Source: Elusimicrobiota bacterium
GTDB taxonomy: Bacteria > Elusimicrobiota > Elusimicrobia > UBA1565 > UBA9628
DNA: 64,000 nucleotides
Assembly (NCBI GenBank): GCA_036676805.1
Contig: JAKFCD010000110.1
Coordinates: 66,378-130,377 of the forward strand
Direction of reading: 5' to 3'
In this document: one piece after another, positions 1 through 8,409 of the stretch
How positions within the stretch are numbered: position 1 is the stretch's first letter
How the letters are laid out: each line of letters begins with the position of its first letter
Made by a program: the position numbers and the translations under genes
The notes under the pieces: model-generated
Databases searched by the model: none
Told to the model about the DNA's origin: nothing
The model's input: only the letters and a program-made list of their open reading frames with translations

Positions 1-1286
1 CGGCCCAGGGCGTACTCGACGCGCTCTCCAAACGGTTCGTCGGCGCGGCAGAGAGCGAGTCGGGCTTCGCCAAGCAGCTTGCCAGTCTCAAAAACAGGCT
101 TGGCGACTTCAAGGAGGTGATAGGCGCGGCGGTGCTGCCCGTGTTCCGCGGCTTTCTCGAGGCCGTGCTCAGCGGAGCCCAGTTCTTCGAGATACTCGGC
201 ACCGTCATCGCCAACTTCGCGGCCAAGTCCGTGGTCCACCTGGAGGGCCTGGGGGCCAAGGCTGCCGCGGTGTTCCGGGGCCAGTTCGAGCGCCTGCCCG
301 AGATCAGCCGAGAGACTGCCGCCAAACTCGACGCCATCGAGACGGCATCAGCGGAACAGGCGGCCGAGGTCCAGAGGCGTTACTCCCAGGAAAGACAGGG
401 GCTGGTTCAGCAGGAGGTCGAGCTCAAGGCGAGGGCCAGCCAAAAGTCCATCGAGCAGGCCCGCAAGGAGGCCGACGAAAAGAAACGCCAGTCCCAGGAC
501 GCGCACGACAAGCTCATCCAGCTCGAGGCCGAGCGGCTCGACAATGAAGGCCGCGGCCTCGAGTCTCGGCTGATCCTCATCAACCAGGAGAAAGAGCAGC
601 GCTTCCGGCAGTTCGAGGAACTGCGCGCCAAGGGCCTCATCACCGAGGACGAACTGCTCAACGCCCGGCTGGCGTCTCTTGAGATCTCCATGCTCAAGTC
701 GGCCGAGGCCAGCGCCAAGTTCAACGAGGACCTCCAGGCATTGGAGGCCGGCGGCAAGGCGGTCGCATCCAGCATCGCGTCCAATTTCTCCAGCGCGGTC
801 GCCGACGTGATCCTGGAGGGCAAGAACCTCGAGGATGCCATGGACCAGGTGTTCAAGTCCGTCCTGCGCACAGCCATCGAAACCTTCACCCGCATCGCCA
901 TCGAGGCAGCCATCGCGCGAACCGCGGCTTCAGGCGCTCTGGGACCCGTAGGCGGGGCGCTTCTCTTCGGGGCCATCGCTCTGCCCGCCCTCAAGGGCTT
1001 CAAGTTCGCCGAGGGCGGGGTGGTCCGCAAACCCACGCTGGGCCTGGTCGGCGAGGCCGGCCCCGAAGCGGTGATTCCTCTCAACCGCCTGGGCGGCATC
1101 GGCGGCGGCATCAACGTTTCGGTTAATCAGACCAACCACATCACGGTGACGGGCATGGGCGACGAGCAGGTGCGCCAGCTCATGCGACGCATCTCGGAGG
1201 CGACCCGGACCGGCGCGGCCGAGGGGGCCGAGCTCGTCAAGTCCATCCTGGCCAAGCAGGGGCGGCTCGCCAAGGAGGCCGTGTGA
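1..1286 (+). CDS. phage tail tape measure protein, C-terminal part (5' end lies upstream of window)
   Basis: Frame is open from base 1. Coiled-coil Glu/Lys/Ala-rich repeats are followed by a Gly-rich hydrophobic segment and the terminal '...GLVGEAGPEAVIPL' motif typical of TMP C-termini. Directly precedes the tail genes. Confidence 0.7.
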   Translation, partial: AQGVLDALSKRFVGAAESESGFAKQLASLKNRLGDFKEVIGAAVLPVFRGFLEAVLSGAQFFEILGTVIANFAAKSVVHLEGLGAKAAAVFRGQFERLPEISRETAAKLDAIETASAEQAAEVQRRYSQERQGLVQQEVELKARASQKSIEQARKEADEKKRQSQDAHDKLIQLEAERLDNEGRGLESRLILINQEKEQRFRQFEELRAKGLITEDELLNARLASLEISMLKSAEASAKFNEDLQALEAGGKAVASSIASNFSSAVADVILEGKNLEDAMDQVFKSVLRTAIETFTRIAIEAAIARTAASGALGPVGGALLFGAIALPALKGFKFAEGGVVRKPTLGLVGEAGPEAVIPLNRLGGIGGGINVSVNQTNHITVTGMGDEQVRQLMRRISEATRTGAAEGAELVKSILAKQGRLAKEAV

Positions 1287-4060
1287 GGACGGTCTCGCAG
1301 GCATACAAGGCCGCCCAGGCGTCGCATCTCATCTTCCCCGTGCGGAAGGTGGAGCTCTTCCGAGCGCTTGCGGACGGATCATCCTGGGAGGCGACGCCGA
1401 TCGACGTGACGCGGGAGGTCGCGCGCCTTGACCGCATGTCGTGGAAGCTCGACACCGACGCCCTCAACGAGTTCAAGGCCTCCAACGTGCGCCTCGAGCT
1501 GGAGAACGCTGGGCGCTCGTGGGATGATGGCTCGCCCGGACGGTTCGCGGGGTTCCTCCGGTTCGGCTCGAAGATTCGCATTTCTCTGGGCCTCAAGGTC
1601 GCGGGCGCGGAGGAGTCCTTCCCGGTCTTTACGGGCGTGATCGATGATGTGATCGAGGACTCAGGCACGCCGACCGTGCAGCTTGAGGTCCGATCCATGG
1701 ACCAACTTCTGGAAGGAGCCGACGCGAACAAGGCCGCCATCCTGGTCACCGACGAACTGCTGGGCATAGGCGATGGCCAGGCTTTCGAGTTCGAGCTTTC
1801 GCAACTCCCGGTCGGCGAGGTCCTGGAGATCCGCGTTGGCGGCGAGGCGGCCAGGCCCGGGACGCGATGGACCGCCAGCAACCTCAACGACCCCCAAAAG
1901 AAGGCTAAGGTCCGCTTCGAGACGGTGCAGCCTCCGCCTGGAGCCGAGATCCGCGCCGACTACATCGTCTGGAAGCGCGACCTCCAGATCCACGAGGCGG
2001 TGGGCGATCTCTTGGCCACGACGCCGCAGGTTCCTGCGGCAACGGTCGAGACCGTTAACTTCGAGCCACCGGCGCAGCGGGAGATTCTCCACACGCATGT
2101 CGGCGACTTCACGCCCTACAGCATGAACAGGGCGGCCGTGGTCCAGGAGCCAGAACCGCCCGCGGGCGACGGGCAGTTGACCATCGACCCCTACGACGCC
2201 GAGGCCGAGTGGCAGGCTGCAGAGGTCATCGACAAGATCAATTTCAAGCGCCTGCCCGGCGGCGTCCACCCTCGCTGGACCGCCCAATATGAGGGCGACC
2301 GCGAGCCCAACGTCGAGAGGTTCCAGATCGACAACGAGGCGACGTTCCCCTGGAGCGAGTTCGTTTCGCAGGGGGCGTCCGCGAGCCTTCAGGACAGCGT
2401 CAGAACCGTGGACTACACCGCGACCTCGGGATTCTATTTCCTCAACAACCAGAAGAACGACGTCGCCTTCCCGTTCTGGTCATCGAGGTCCGTGACCTGC
2501 CGGCTTCGTGTCGAGGTCTTGAGCGGCGATCTCCATATCGGCGTCGCCGTGCCGAACTCGAACATCGTCGCCGCCATCAAGTTCCAGAACACGGGCAACA
2601 TCCGCGTCGTCACCAACAACACGCAAGGGCCGCTCATCGCCGTGAGCGCGACCGTCTTTCATGTCTATCGGCTCGATCTGACCCTGACCAGTTCCTCAAC
2701 CGGGAGCTACCGGGTCTATATCGACGGTGTCCAGGTCGGCTCGGGCACGCTGGGACCGTTGATCAGCCCTCTTTTCGCGCAGACCGTCGAACTCCAGGCG
2801 CAGGGCTCGTCCAAGTTCCACATCGACTTCCTGAGGTTCAACTCTCTGACCGACGCGCCCGCGAGCGGCGGGCTGACGCTCAAGGTCGACTACGGCCCGC
2901 AGCTCTCAGGGTTGGTCAGCTTTGCCCTCATCACGACTCTCGGGCCCTTCTTCGCCGAGCTCGTGAACGCCACTGCGGCCGGCGCACAGTTCTTCTGGAG
3001 CTGGAGCCAGGACGATTTCAACTACTCCCCCGAGACGCAGATCGCCAACGGCGGCGACGTGGGAAGCTGGACGAACGTCAACTCACCGCGGTTCATCAGG
3101 TTCCGCGTCGTGCTTACAGATCAGCTCACCTCGACGCCCTACGGAATCAAGCGGCTCTGGTTGCCCGCAATTGCCGCCTCGCCCATTCAGGATGGCGGCT
3201 CCGGGATCGTTTCCTGGGACACCTGGAAGGCGGCGATCCTGCCCAATGACGGGAACGTCCAGAGGTTCACCGCCGCAGCCGGAGGCGGGCAGTTCATCAC
3301 TGGCTCGGGCTTCAGCTTCCACCGCGCCCTGGGTCCTGGCGACACGATCCAGACCGACGAGTTCCAAAACGCTCAGGGCTTCGGGGTCACACGAGAGATG
3401 GTCTTCATCACGCTCATGAACACCGCCGGACCCAATCCGCCCGTACACGCCTTGAGCGTCATCACGCTCACGACCCGCAACGTTCTCATCACCATGGCCA
3501 ACTACGGCACCCGCTCCGTCTTGGACGTGCTCAAAGAACTCGCGAGGATCGCGGACTTCGATATCGGCGTGGATGGCGAAGGGCGCTTCTTCTTCAGGAA
3601 CAAGGCTGCCGCGGCGGTCCCCGTTCTTATCCTAGACGGCTCCAACGTGGAGCGCGTCCAGAGCGTCGTCCCGGGCTGGGATCGGGTCTTCAACAGCATC
3701 CGGGCCACCTTCGGCCAGTTCGTCAAGACCGCCAACCCGCAGACCGAGGGCGAGCCCGCGCCCACGTCGTTCCAGAGGTTTCGGGTACGCCCGCTGCCGG
3801 TGGGCGGCGGGAGCCTCCTCTTTCAGACGGACGTGGACCTGGCCACGGTGATGGCCAAGCGCTATTTCGGCCGCTACAAGGAGCCAAAACGTCGGGTGAC
3901 GTTGACCGCCCGCTTCATGCCCGAAGTCGAGTTGGGCGACCGCGCGACCTTCAATGTCGCGAGCCCCAGGCGAATCGGTCAAGCCTTCGACGCGCGGGTA
4001 TTGGGGATCGCCCACGATCTCATGAACTTTCGCACCGAGCTGGATCTGTTGGAGGTATAG
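1283..4060 (+). CDS. phage tail protein (large distal-tail/baseplate-like protein, 925 aa)
   Basis: ATGA overlap with TMP stop. Position immediately after the TMP. Large beta-rich protein with no enzymatic motifs, consistent with an extended Dit-like tail component. Confidence 0.55.
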   Translation: MRTVSQAYKAAQASHLIFPVRKVELFRALADGSSWEATPIDVTREVARLDRMSWKLDTDALNEFKASNVRLELENAGRSWDDGSPGRFAGFLRFGSKIRISLGLKVAGAEESFPVFTGVIDDVIEDSGTPTVQLEVRSMDQLLEGADANKAAILVTDELLGIGDGQAFEFELSQLPVGEVLEIRVGGEAARPGTRWTASNLNDPQKKAKVRFETVQPPPGAEIRADYIVWKRDLQIHEAVGDLLATTPQVPAATVETVNFEPPAQREILHTHVGDFTPYSMNRAAVVQEPEPPAGDGQLTIDPYDAEAEWQAAEVIDKINFKRLPGGVHPRWTAQYEGDREPNVERFQIDNEATFPWSEFVSQGASASLQDSVRTVDYTATSGFYFLNNQKNDVAFPFWSSRSVTCRLRVEVLSGDLHIGVAVPNSNIVAAIKFQNTGNIRVVTNNTQGPLIAVSATVFHVYRLDLTLTSSSTGSYRVYIDGVQVGSGTLGPLISPLFAQTVELQAQGSSKFHIDFLRFNSLTDAPASGGLTLKVDYGPQLSGLVSFALITTLGPFFAELVNATAAGAQFFWSWSQDDFNYSPETQIANGGDVGSWTNVNSPRFIRFRVVLTDQLTSTPYGIKRLWLPAIAASPIQDGGSGIVSWDTWKAAILPNDGNVQRFTAAAGGGQFITGSGFSFHRALGPGDTIQTDEFQNAQGFGVTREMVFITLMNTAGPNPPVHALSVITLTTRNVLITMANYGTRSVLDVLKELARIADFDIGVDGEGRFFFRNKAAAAVPVLILDGSNVERVQSVVPGWDRVFNSIRATFGQFVKTANPQTEGEPAPTSFQRFRVRPLPVGGGSLLFQTDVDLATVMAKRYFGRYKEPKRRVTLTARFMPEVELGDRATFNVASPRRIGQAFDARVLGIAHDLMNFRTELDLLEV

Positions 4061-4061
4061 C

Positions 4062-6533
4062 GTGTCCCTCAAGGAGATATTGAACCAGCCGTCCCACTTC
4101 CAGGCAAACGTCGGAACCAGCGGGCTCGATCTGACAGCCATGCCGATCAAGCTCCAACAAACATTCACGCTGCCGGTTGTGGACGACTTCAACGACGGGG
4201 CCAAGGACGCCAAGTGGCTGACTTCGCCGATCCCGCCGCCGCCCGGGCCAGCACATACGTTCGATTACGCGGGCGCGAACAGCATCACCAATACGGCGAT
4301 CGTCGAGGATTCATATCGCTATGCCCAGTCGTTTCTCCGCTCCGTGCCTTTCAAGCTGACCAACTGTAAGTGGAGAGTCCACCAGATCCAGGGATTCACG
4401 CCTCCCGGATACGTGCAGAGCGAGGTGTGGGGCACGATTGGGCCGGACGGCGAGCCGGACGAGAATCAAGTCCTGGCCGTCTCCAATCCTATCCAGGCGT
4501 TCAACCTGCCGGTAGTGTCCCAGTCGGATCTGGAAAACCCGCCGACGTACACGCTCACGACGTTCACGTTCCCGACGCCGCCCACGTTGAACGCGAACAC
4601 GAAGTACGCCATCGTGATTCGCCACATCGGGACGGCCTCGCAGCCGACGAACAGCGTCGTGGAGGTCTACAGGGATCAGAACTCGCCGTCGCCGGCTAAC
4701 GGCGGGTTCTCCTGGCTCTCATTCAACGCAGGAGTCTCCTGGAGCCGAGGCGACCAATTCGCGCCGCAGTACTCGAACTTCAACTATCAGGTCGACGGCC
4801 AGGAGATCAATACCTCGCCGCCCACGCCCAACCCGTTCCCCGTGGAGACGGGCGGGTTCCTCCAGTTCGACTACCCCGACGGCCAGCCGCACAACATCGA
4901 GACGATCTACAACTCGCCCCGAGGTTCGGTCGAACTGGAGACGCGATTCATCTGGACCATCCTCGATCCCAACGCCCAACAGTTCACTCCTCTCGAATGG
5001 GGTCTCCACATGCTTCAAGGAGCTCTCGAAGCGCCGCCTCTCTCCGATTCCAACATCGCCTCCAAGCGGCTATGGGAACTCTACATCCGGCCGTCCGCGA
5101 TCTCCAACAACCTTTCCTTCATCCCCATCGTCGTTGATGCGAACGGAAACCGCCTGACCCAGCTTCCCTCCGCGCCCACCAGTTGGCAGGGCTACTCGAA
5201 CCAGGGCGGTTGGTTCCTGCTGCCGATCAACGCGGCCGCGGGAGTACCGATCACGCTCAAGGTGCTGCGGCAGCCCAACGGCGGGGTCATCTTCACGGTC
5301 TACAAGAACGACGACCCCAACCAGGTAATCTTCCAGACGACCGCCTCGCCGCCGTTGAGGTCCCTTGCTGGCGACGTTCACCTGGGGATCGGCCACAGCC
5401 CCGAGGCCCCTGGATCTCGCTTTCGGTTCGATTACTTCGAGCTCTCAGGCGACGTGGTCGAGCCGCCCTCGGGCGAGGTGATCCTCCGGCGCTCCTACCC
5501 GGTCAAGACCAGGGTGACGGGTTATCGCATGGAGCGCGTCCTGCCGGCCGCCGGGTCCAAGATTAATGTCCGCGTCCGCGCGGCCGACACCCTGGCTGAG
5601 CTCCAGGCGGCAGCCTTCAGCACGCCCGCCGCTGGGACCGCCGTCGGCAACATCGAAACGGGCGAGCTGTCCCTCCCCGCGGCGCTCTTCTTCGATGTGA
5701 AGCTGGAGTTCATCAAGGCGAGTCCCGGCCCGAGCCTGAGCAGCTTCGACTTCACCGTAGCGCAGCAACTTATGCAGGAGGACCTGCCCGTGATCCTCTC
5801 GGTCGACGAGGCCGGCCCGGGATTGGTCTCGGCCATATCGAGCGAGGAGGGACTGGGCGAAACCGCCAACACGCGCAAGCTCGTCGACGGGGACGCTACC
5901 ACGCAGTGGGCGTCCCTAAACGCCTCAGACACGAGCCCCGTCACGCTGCAACTCACCTTCCTGGCTCCGAGCGGAGGCAACGAACTGCGCAGCACCAACT
6001 GTCTGATTCTGCGGAATACCAACCTCAAGTCGCTGCGCGTCCATGTGGGCGGGACCACGCTCTTCGACGGCGAGATCCTGGAGGATGATGTCATCATCCC
6101 TTTCGGGCTCCTGTCCACGCCGCTGGTGCAGATCGAGGCGAGGAGCACCAAGACGCCAAACCAGAACAAGAAGATCGGCGAGGTCTACGCGGGACAGGTC
6201 CTGCTCGTGCTGCCGGGCCTCGACGGCTATGAGCCCAGGCGGCGGCTCTTCGAATCTGGCGGCTTGCGGACCCTGGGTGGCCGGCTCGTAGCCTACCGCG
6301 GCAAGGATAAATACGTCAGCCGCTGGACTCTGAGGCTGCTCGACGCCGCGGCCAAGGATGAACTTGAGCGTCTGTTTCGCCAGAACCCGCTCGTGAGCTT
6401 CTGGCCCGAGCCTGGCTTCAGGCCACGCGATCTCTTCGACGTGGGTTGGAGGCTCGAGGAGCTTCCCTTCCCCTACACCGACGTGCTTAAGCCTGCCGGC
6501 CATACCATGGAAGCCGAGATGGAGGAGATATGA
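4062..6533 (+). CDS. phage tail tip / putative receptor-binding tail protein (823 aa)
   Basis: Starts 2 nt after the previous stop. Large Asn/Thr/Pro-rich beta-type protein in tail-module position. Confidence 0.5.
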   Translation: MSLKEILNQPSHFQANVGTSGLDLTAMPIKLQQTFTLPVVDDFNDGAKDAKWLTSPIPPPPGPAHTFDYAGANSITNTAIVEDSYRYAQSFLRSVPFKLTNCKWRVHQIQGFTPPGYVQSEVWGTIGPDGEPDENQVLAVSNPIQAFNLPVVSQSDLENPPTYTLTTFTFPTPPTLNANTKYAIVIRHIGTASQPTNSVVEVYRDQNSPSPANGGFSWLSFNAGVSWSRGDQFAPQYSNFNYQVDGQEINTSPPTPNPFPVETGGFLQFDYPDGQPHNIETIYNSPRGSVELETRFIWTILDPNAQQFTPLEWGLHMLQGALEAPPLSDSNIASKRLWELYIRPSAISNNLSFIPIVVDANGNRLTQLPSAPTSWQGYSNQGGWFLLPINAAAGVPITLKVLRQPNGGVIFTVYKNDDPNQVIFQTTASPPLRSLAGDVHLGIGHSPEAPGSRFRFDYFELSGDVVEPPSGEVILRRSYPVKTRVTGYRMERVLPAAGSKINVRVRAADTLAELQAAAFSTPAAGTAVGNIETGELSLPAALFFDVKLEFIKASPGPSLSSFDFTVAQQLMQEDLPVILSVDEAGPGLVSAISSEEGLGETANTRKLVDGDATTQWASLNASDTSPVTLQLTFLAPSGGNELRSTNCLILRNTNLKSLRVHVGGTTLFDGEILEDDVIIPFGLLSTPLVQIEARSTKTPNQNKKIGEVYAGQVLLVLPGLDGYEPRRRLFESGGLRTLGGRLVAYRGKDKYVSRWTLRLLDAAAKDELERLFRQNPLVSFWPEPGFRPRDLFDVGWRLEELPFPYTDVLKPAGHTMEAEMEEI

Positions 6534-6787
6534 CCGACTGCCCCACGACGCCGGAGAGACTTTCAACGCTGGAGGCCAAGACCGACCGCGTCCTCGAGGA
6601 GTTGACCATTCTGCGCGGCTCGTTCACCGATTTGGAAAAGCATCTCATCAGCAACGCTACGGAGATCGAGCGTATGAAGGTCGAGATCAATCTGGTCAAG
6701 CTCATCGGCGGCTGGATTTTCGCGCCCTTGATCGGGCTTCTCGGCACGGGAAGCGTTCTCGCGGTCTTCTATGCGCTGAGAAAATAG
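6530..6787 (+). CDS. small phage membrane protein (coiled coil plus C-terminal TM; holin-like candidate)
   Basis: ATGA overlap with upstream tail gene. The 85-aa product has an N-terminal coiled coil and a C-terminal hydrophobic helix 'GGWIFAPLIGLLGTGSVLAVFYAL'. Confidence 0.4.
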   Translation: MTDCPTTPERLSTLEAKTDRVLEELTILRGSFTDLEKHLISNATEIERMKVEINLVKLIGGWIFAPLIGLLGTGSVLAVFYALRK

Positions 6788-6846
6788 CTGCCCGGCTGTC
6801 CCGGAGATCGCCTCGCGCACCCCCTTTTATGGATAGGAGGTGCTAC

Positions 6847-7419
6847 ATGGCCAAGCCCAAGCTGGACATCCCCATCGGCACGACCGGGGCGCGACCCTGG
6901 AAAGGCATCGTCTGGCATCACTCGGCAAGCCCTGACGGCGCGACCCGGGACTGGGATGGGATCGCACGCTACCACACCTCCCACCGCGTCGACTTCGAGA
7001 TCGTCTCTCCGCAGGAGTTTGAGCGGCGGCTCGCGCTCCGACAAGGAGCGAGCTTTCAGCGGCCGTGGAAAGACGTGGGCTACCACGGCGGGACTGAGTT
7101 CGTCGGAGAGAGCCCCGCGTTCCATTGGGGCCGGCGGCTCTCCATGATCGGAGCCCATGCCGGGGTAAAGGACGCCTCCAACCGCTTCAACGAGGAGTAC
7201 CTGGGACTCTGCTGCATCGGCGACTTCGACAAGGCCCCTCCGTCGCCGCAAATGTGGGACTTCAACCTGATGCTAACCCGCGCACTCATGGAGGTCTTCC
7301 GCATCCCGGCCGGCCACGTGATCGGCCACCGCGAGGTGTTCGACCGCCTGGGCGTTCCACGCCAGAAAACCTGTCCCGGTCGGAACTGGGACATGGACTT
7401 TTTCAGGAACGAGCTCTGA
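6847..7419 (+). CDS. N-acetylmuramoyl-L-alanine amidase (amidase_2/PGRP family) endolysin
   Basis: AGGAGG lies 6 nt before ATG 6847. 'IVWHHSASP' and 'TCPGRNWD' motifs are characteristic of zinc amidase_2 (T7 lysozyme/PGRP fold). Lysis-cassette context. Confidence 0.7.
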   Translation: MAKPKLDIPIGTTGARPWKGIVWHHSASPDGATRDWDGIARYHTSHRVDFEIVSPQEFERRLALRQGASFQRPWKDVGYHGGTEFVGESPAFHWGRRLSMIGAHAGVKDASNRFNEEYLGLCCIGDFDKAPPSPQMWDFNLMLTRALMEVFRIPAGHVIGHREVFDRLGVPRQKTCPGRNWDMDFFRNEL

Positions 7420-7730
7420 TGGGCGAGCTCAAACGGCTGACCCTGACGCTCGCGCGAAAGACGCTCGGAAGCGATCTCGCGCAGAACCTGATCCGGGACC
7501 TCAAGTCTCTGAGGGCGCTGTGGAATTGGATTTACATGGCCCTCTACGTCTGGATCTGCGTCTGGACGGTCTTACACCACCCGGATGCCATCCCGACGGT
7601 GGTCACGGTGACGGGCGGGGTGGTGTCGGTCATCTTCAGCGGCTACGTCCTGAGCCGCACCTACGAGAAGGTCAAAAACGGCGGGAATGGCCTGCCGCAC
7701 AACGAGGAGGAGAATGGGAATAGCGATTAG
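7419..7730 (+). CDS. holin-like membrane protein
   Basis: Start overlaps the amidase stop (TGATG). 103-aa product has two hydrophobic helices ('ALWNWIYMALYVWICVWTVL', 'VTGGVVSVIFSGYVL') and a charged C-terminus. Confidence 0.45.
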   Translation: MGELKRLTLTLARKTLGSDLAQNLIRDLKSLRALWNWIYMALYVWICVWTVLHHPDAIPTVVTVTGGVVSVIFSGYVLSRTYEKVKNGGNGLPHNEEENGNSD

Positions 7731-8313
7731 GCTGTTCGGAGTCGCGACGAGCGTCGTGTTCTTCGCCGTCCGGCGACCCAAGGAAGCCGCGGTTGTCTTG
7801 CTGGCCGCGCTCCTCGCGATGACATTGTGGAGGCTCGAGCGCGAGAAGAGTCACGCGCGAGAACTCGCCGCCAAGCTCGAGGGCCTGCCGCCCAATACAA
7901 AGCAGGTGGTGACGGTCCACCGCAACCACGTCATCACCAAATGGCGCGATGGGCCGACCAAGATCGAGTACCGCGACCGCTACCTGCCGCCCGAAGGCCA
8001 CGTCGAAGTCGTGACCAAGATCGATGAACCGGAAAAACCACCCGAGATCGTCATCAAAGACCGCGGATTCACAAGCCGCCTCGGCGCTGGGCTTGTCTAC
8101 TCCGGCGAACCGCTGCCGATGCTCGATTTGAAATGGGCCTACTGGCGGCGATACAGCCTGCTGCTCGGGATGACGCCGGCATTCGGAGGTTTGGGCGTCT
8201 CTCGCCATATCGATGACTTCACACCATTCAGCAATCTGGAACTCGTGGGCCTCGGTGGATTGGACTGGCGTGGCGGCCCCCGCGCCGGCATCGGGCTTCG
8301 CCTGAGCTTCTAG
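7714..8313 (+). CDS. putative Rz-like spanin / lysis accessory protein
   Basis: GGAGGAG RBS before ATG 7714. N-terminal TM helix, then a coiled-coil 'WRLEREKSHARELAAKLEGL' region. Last gene of the lysis cassette. Confidence 0.35.
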   Translation: MGIAIRLFGVATSVVFFAVRRPKEAAVVLLAALLAMTLWRLEREKSHARELAAKLEGLPPNTKQVVTVHRNHVITKWRDGPTKIEYRDRYLPPEGHVEVVTKIDEPEKPPEIVIKDRGFTSRLGAGLVYSGEPLPMLDLKWAYWRRYSLLLGMTPAFGGLGVSRHIDDFTPFSNLELVGLGGLDWRGGPRAGIGLRLSF

Positions 8314-8314
8314 G

Positions 8315-8330
8315 CCTCGACTCGTCGAGG
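8315..8330 (+). terminator. hairpin (cctcgac-tc-gtcgagg) after the lysis cassette, followed by an AT-rich promoter-like spacer
   Basis: Perfect 7-bp stem with a 2-nt loop immediately after the 8313 stop. The downstream 80 nt is markedly AT-rich ('ttacttctatcgccaaatttgccataattttccaattctttcg') in a GC-rich genome. Confidence 0.3.
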
Positions 8331-8409
8331 ACGCGTTACTTCTATCGCCAAATTTGCCATAATTTTCCAATTCTTTCGTCACAGAACCGCTATGTAGGAG
8401 ATTTGTGCC

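Noticed and set aside
407-1887. Antisense ORFs (407-1114, 930-1304, 1237-1887 minus strand) overlapping the tape-measure and tail genes
   Set aside because: Translations are Ser/Arg/Pro/Ala low-complexity strings typical of spurious reverse-frame ORFs in high-GC DNA. They have no RBS and are fully embedded in better-supported genes.
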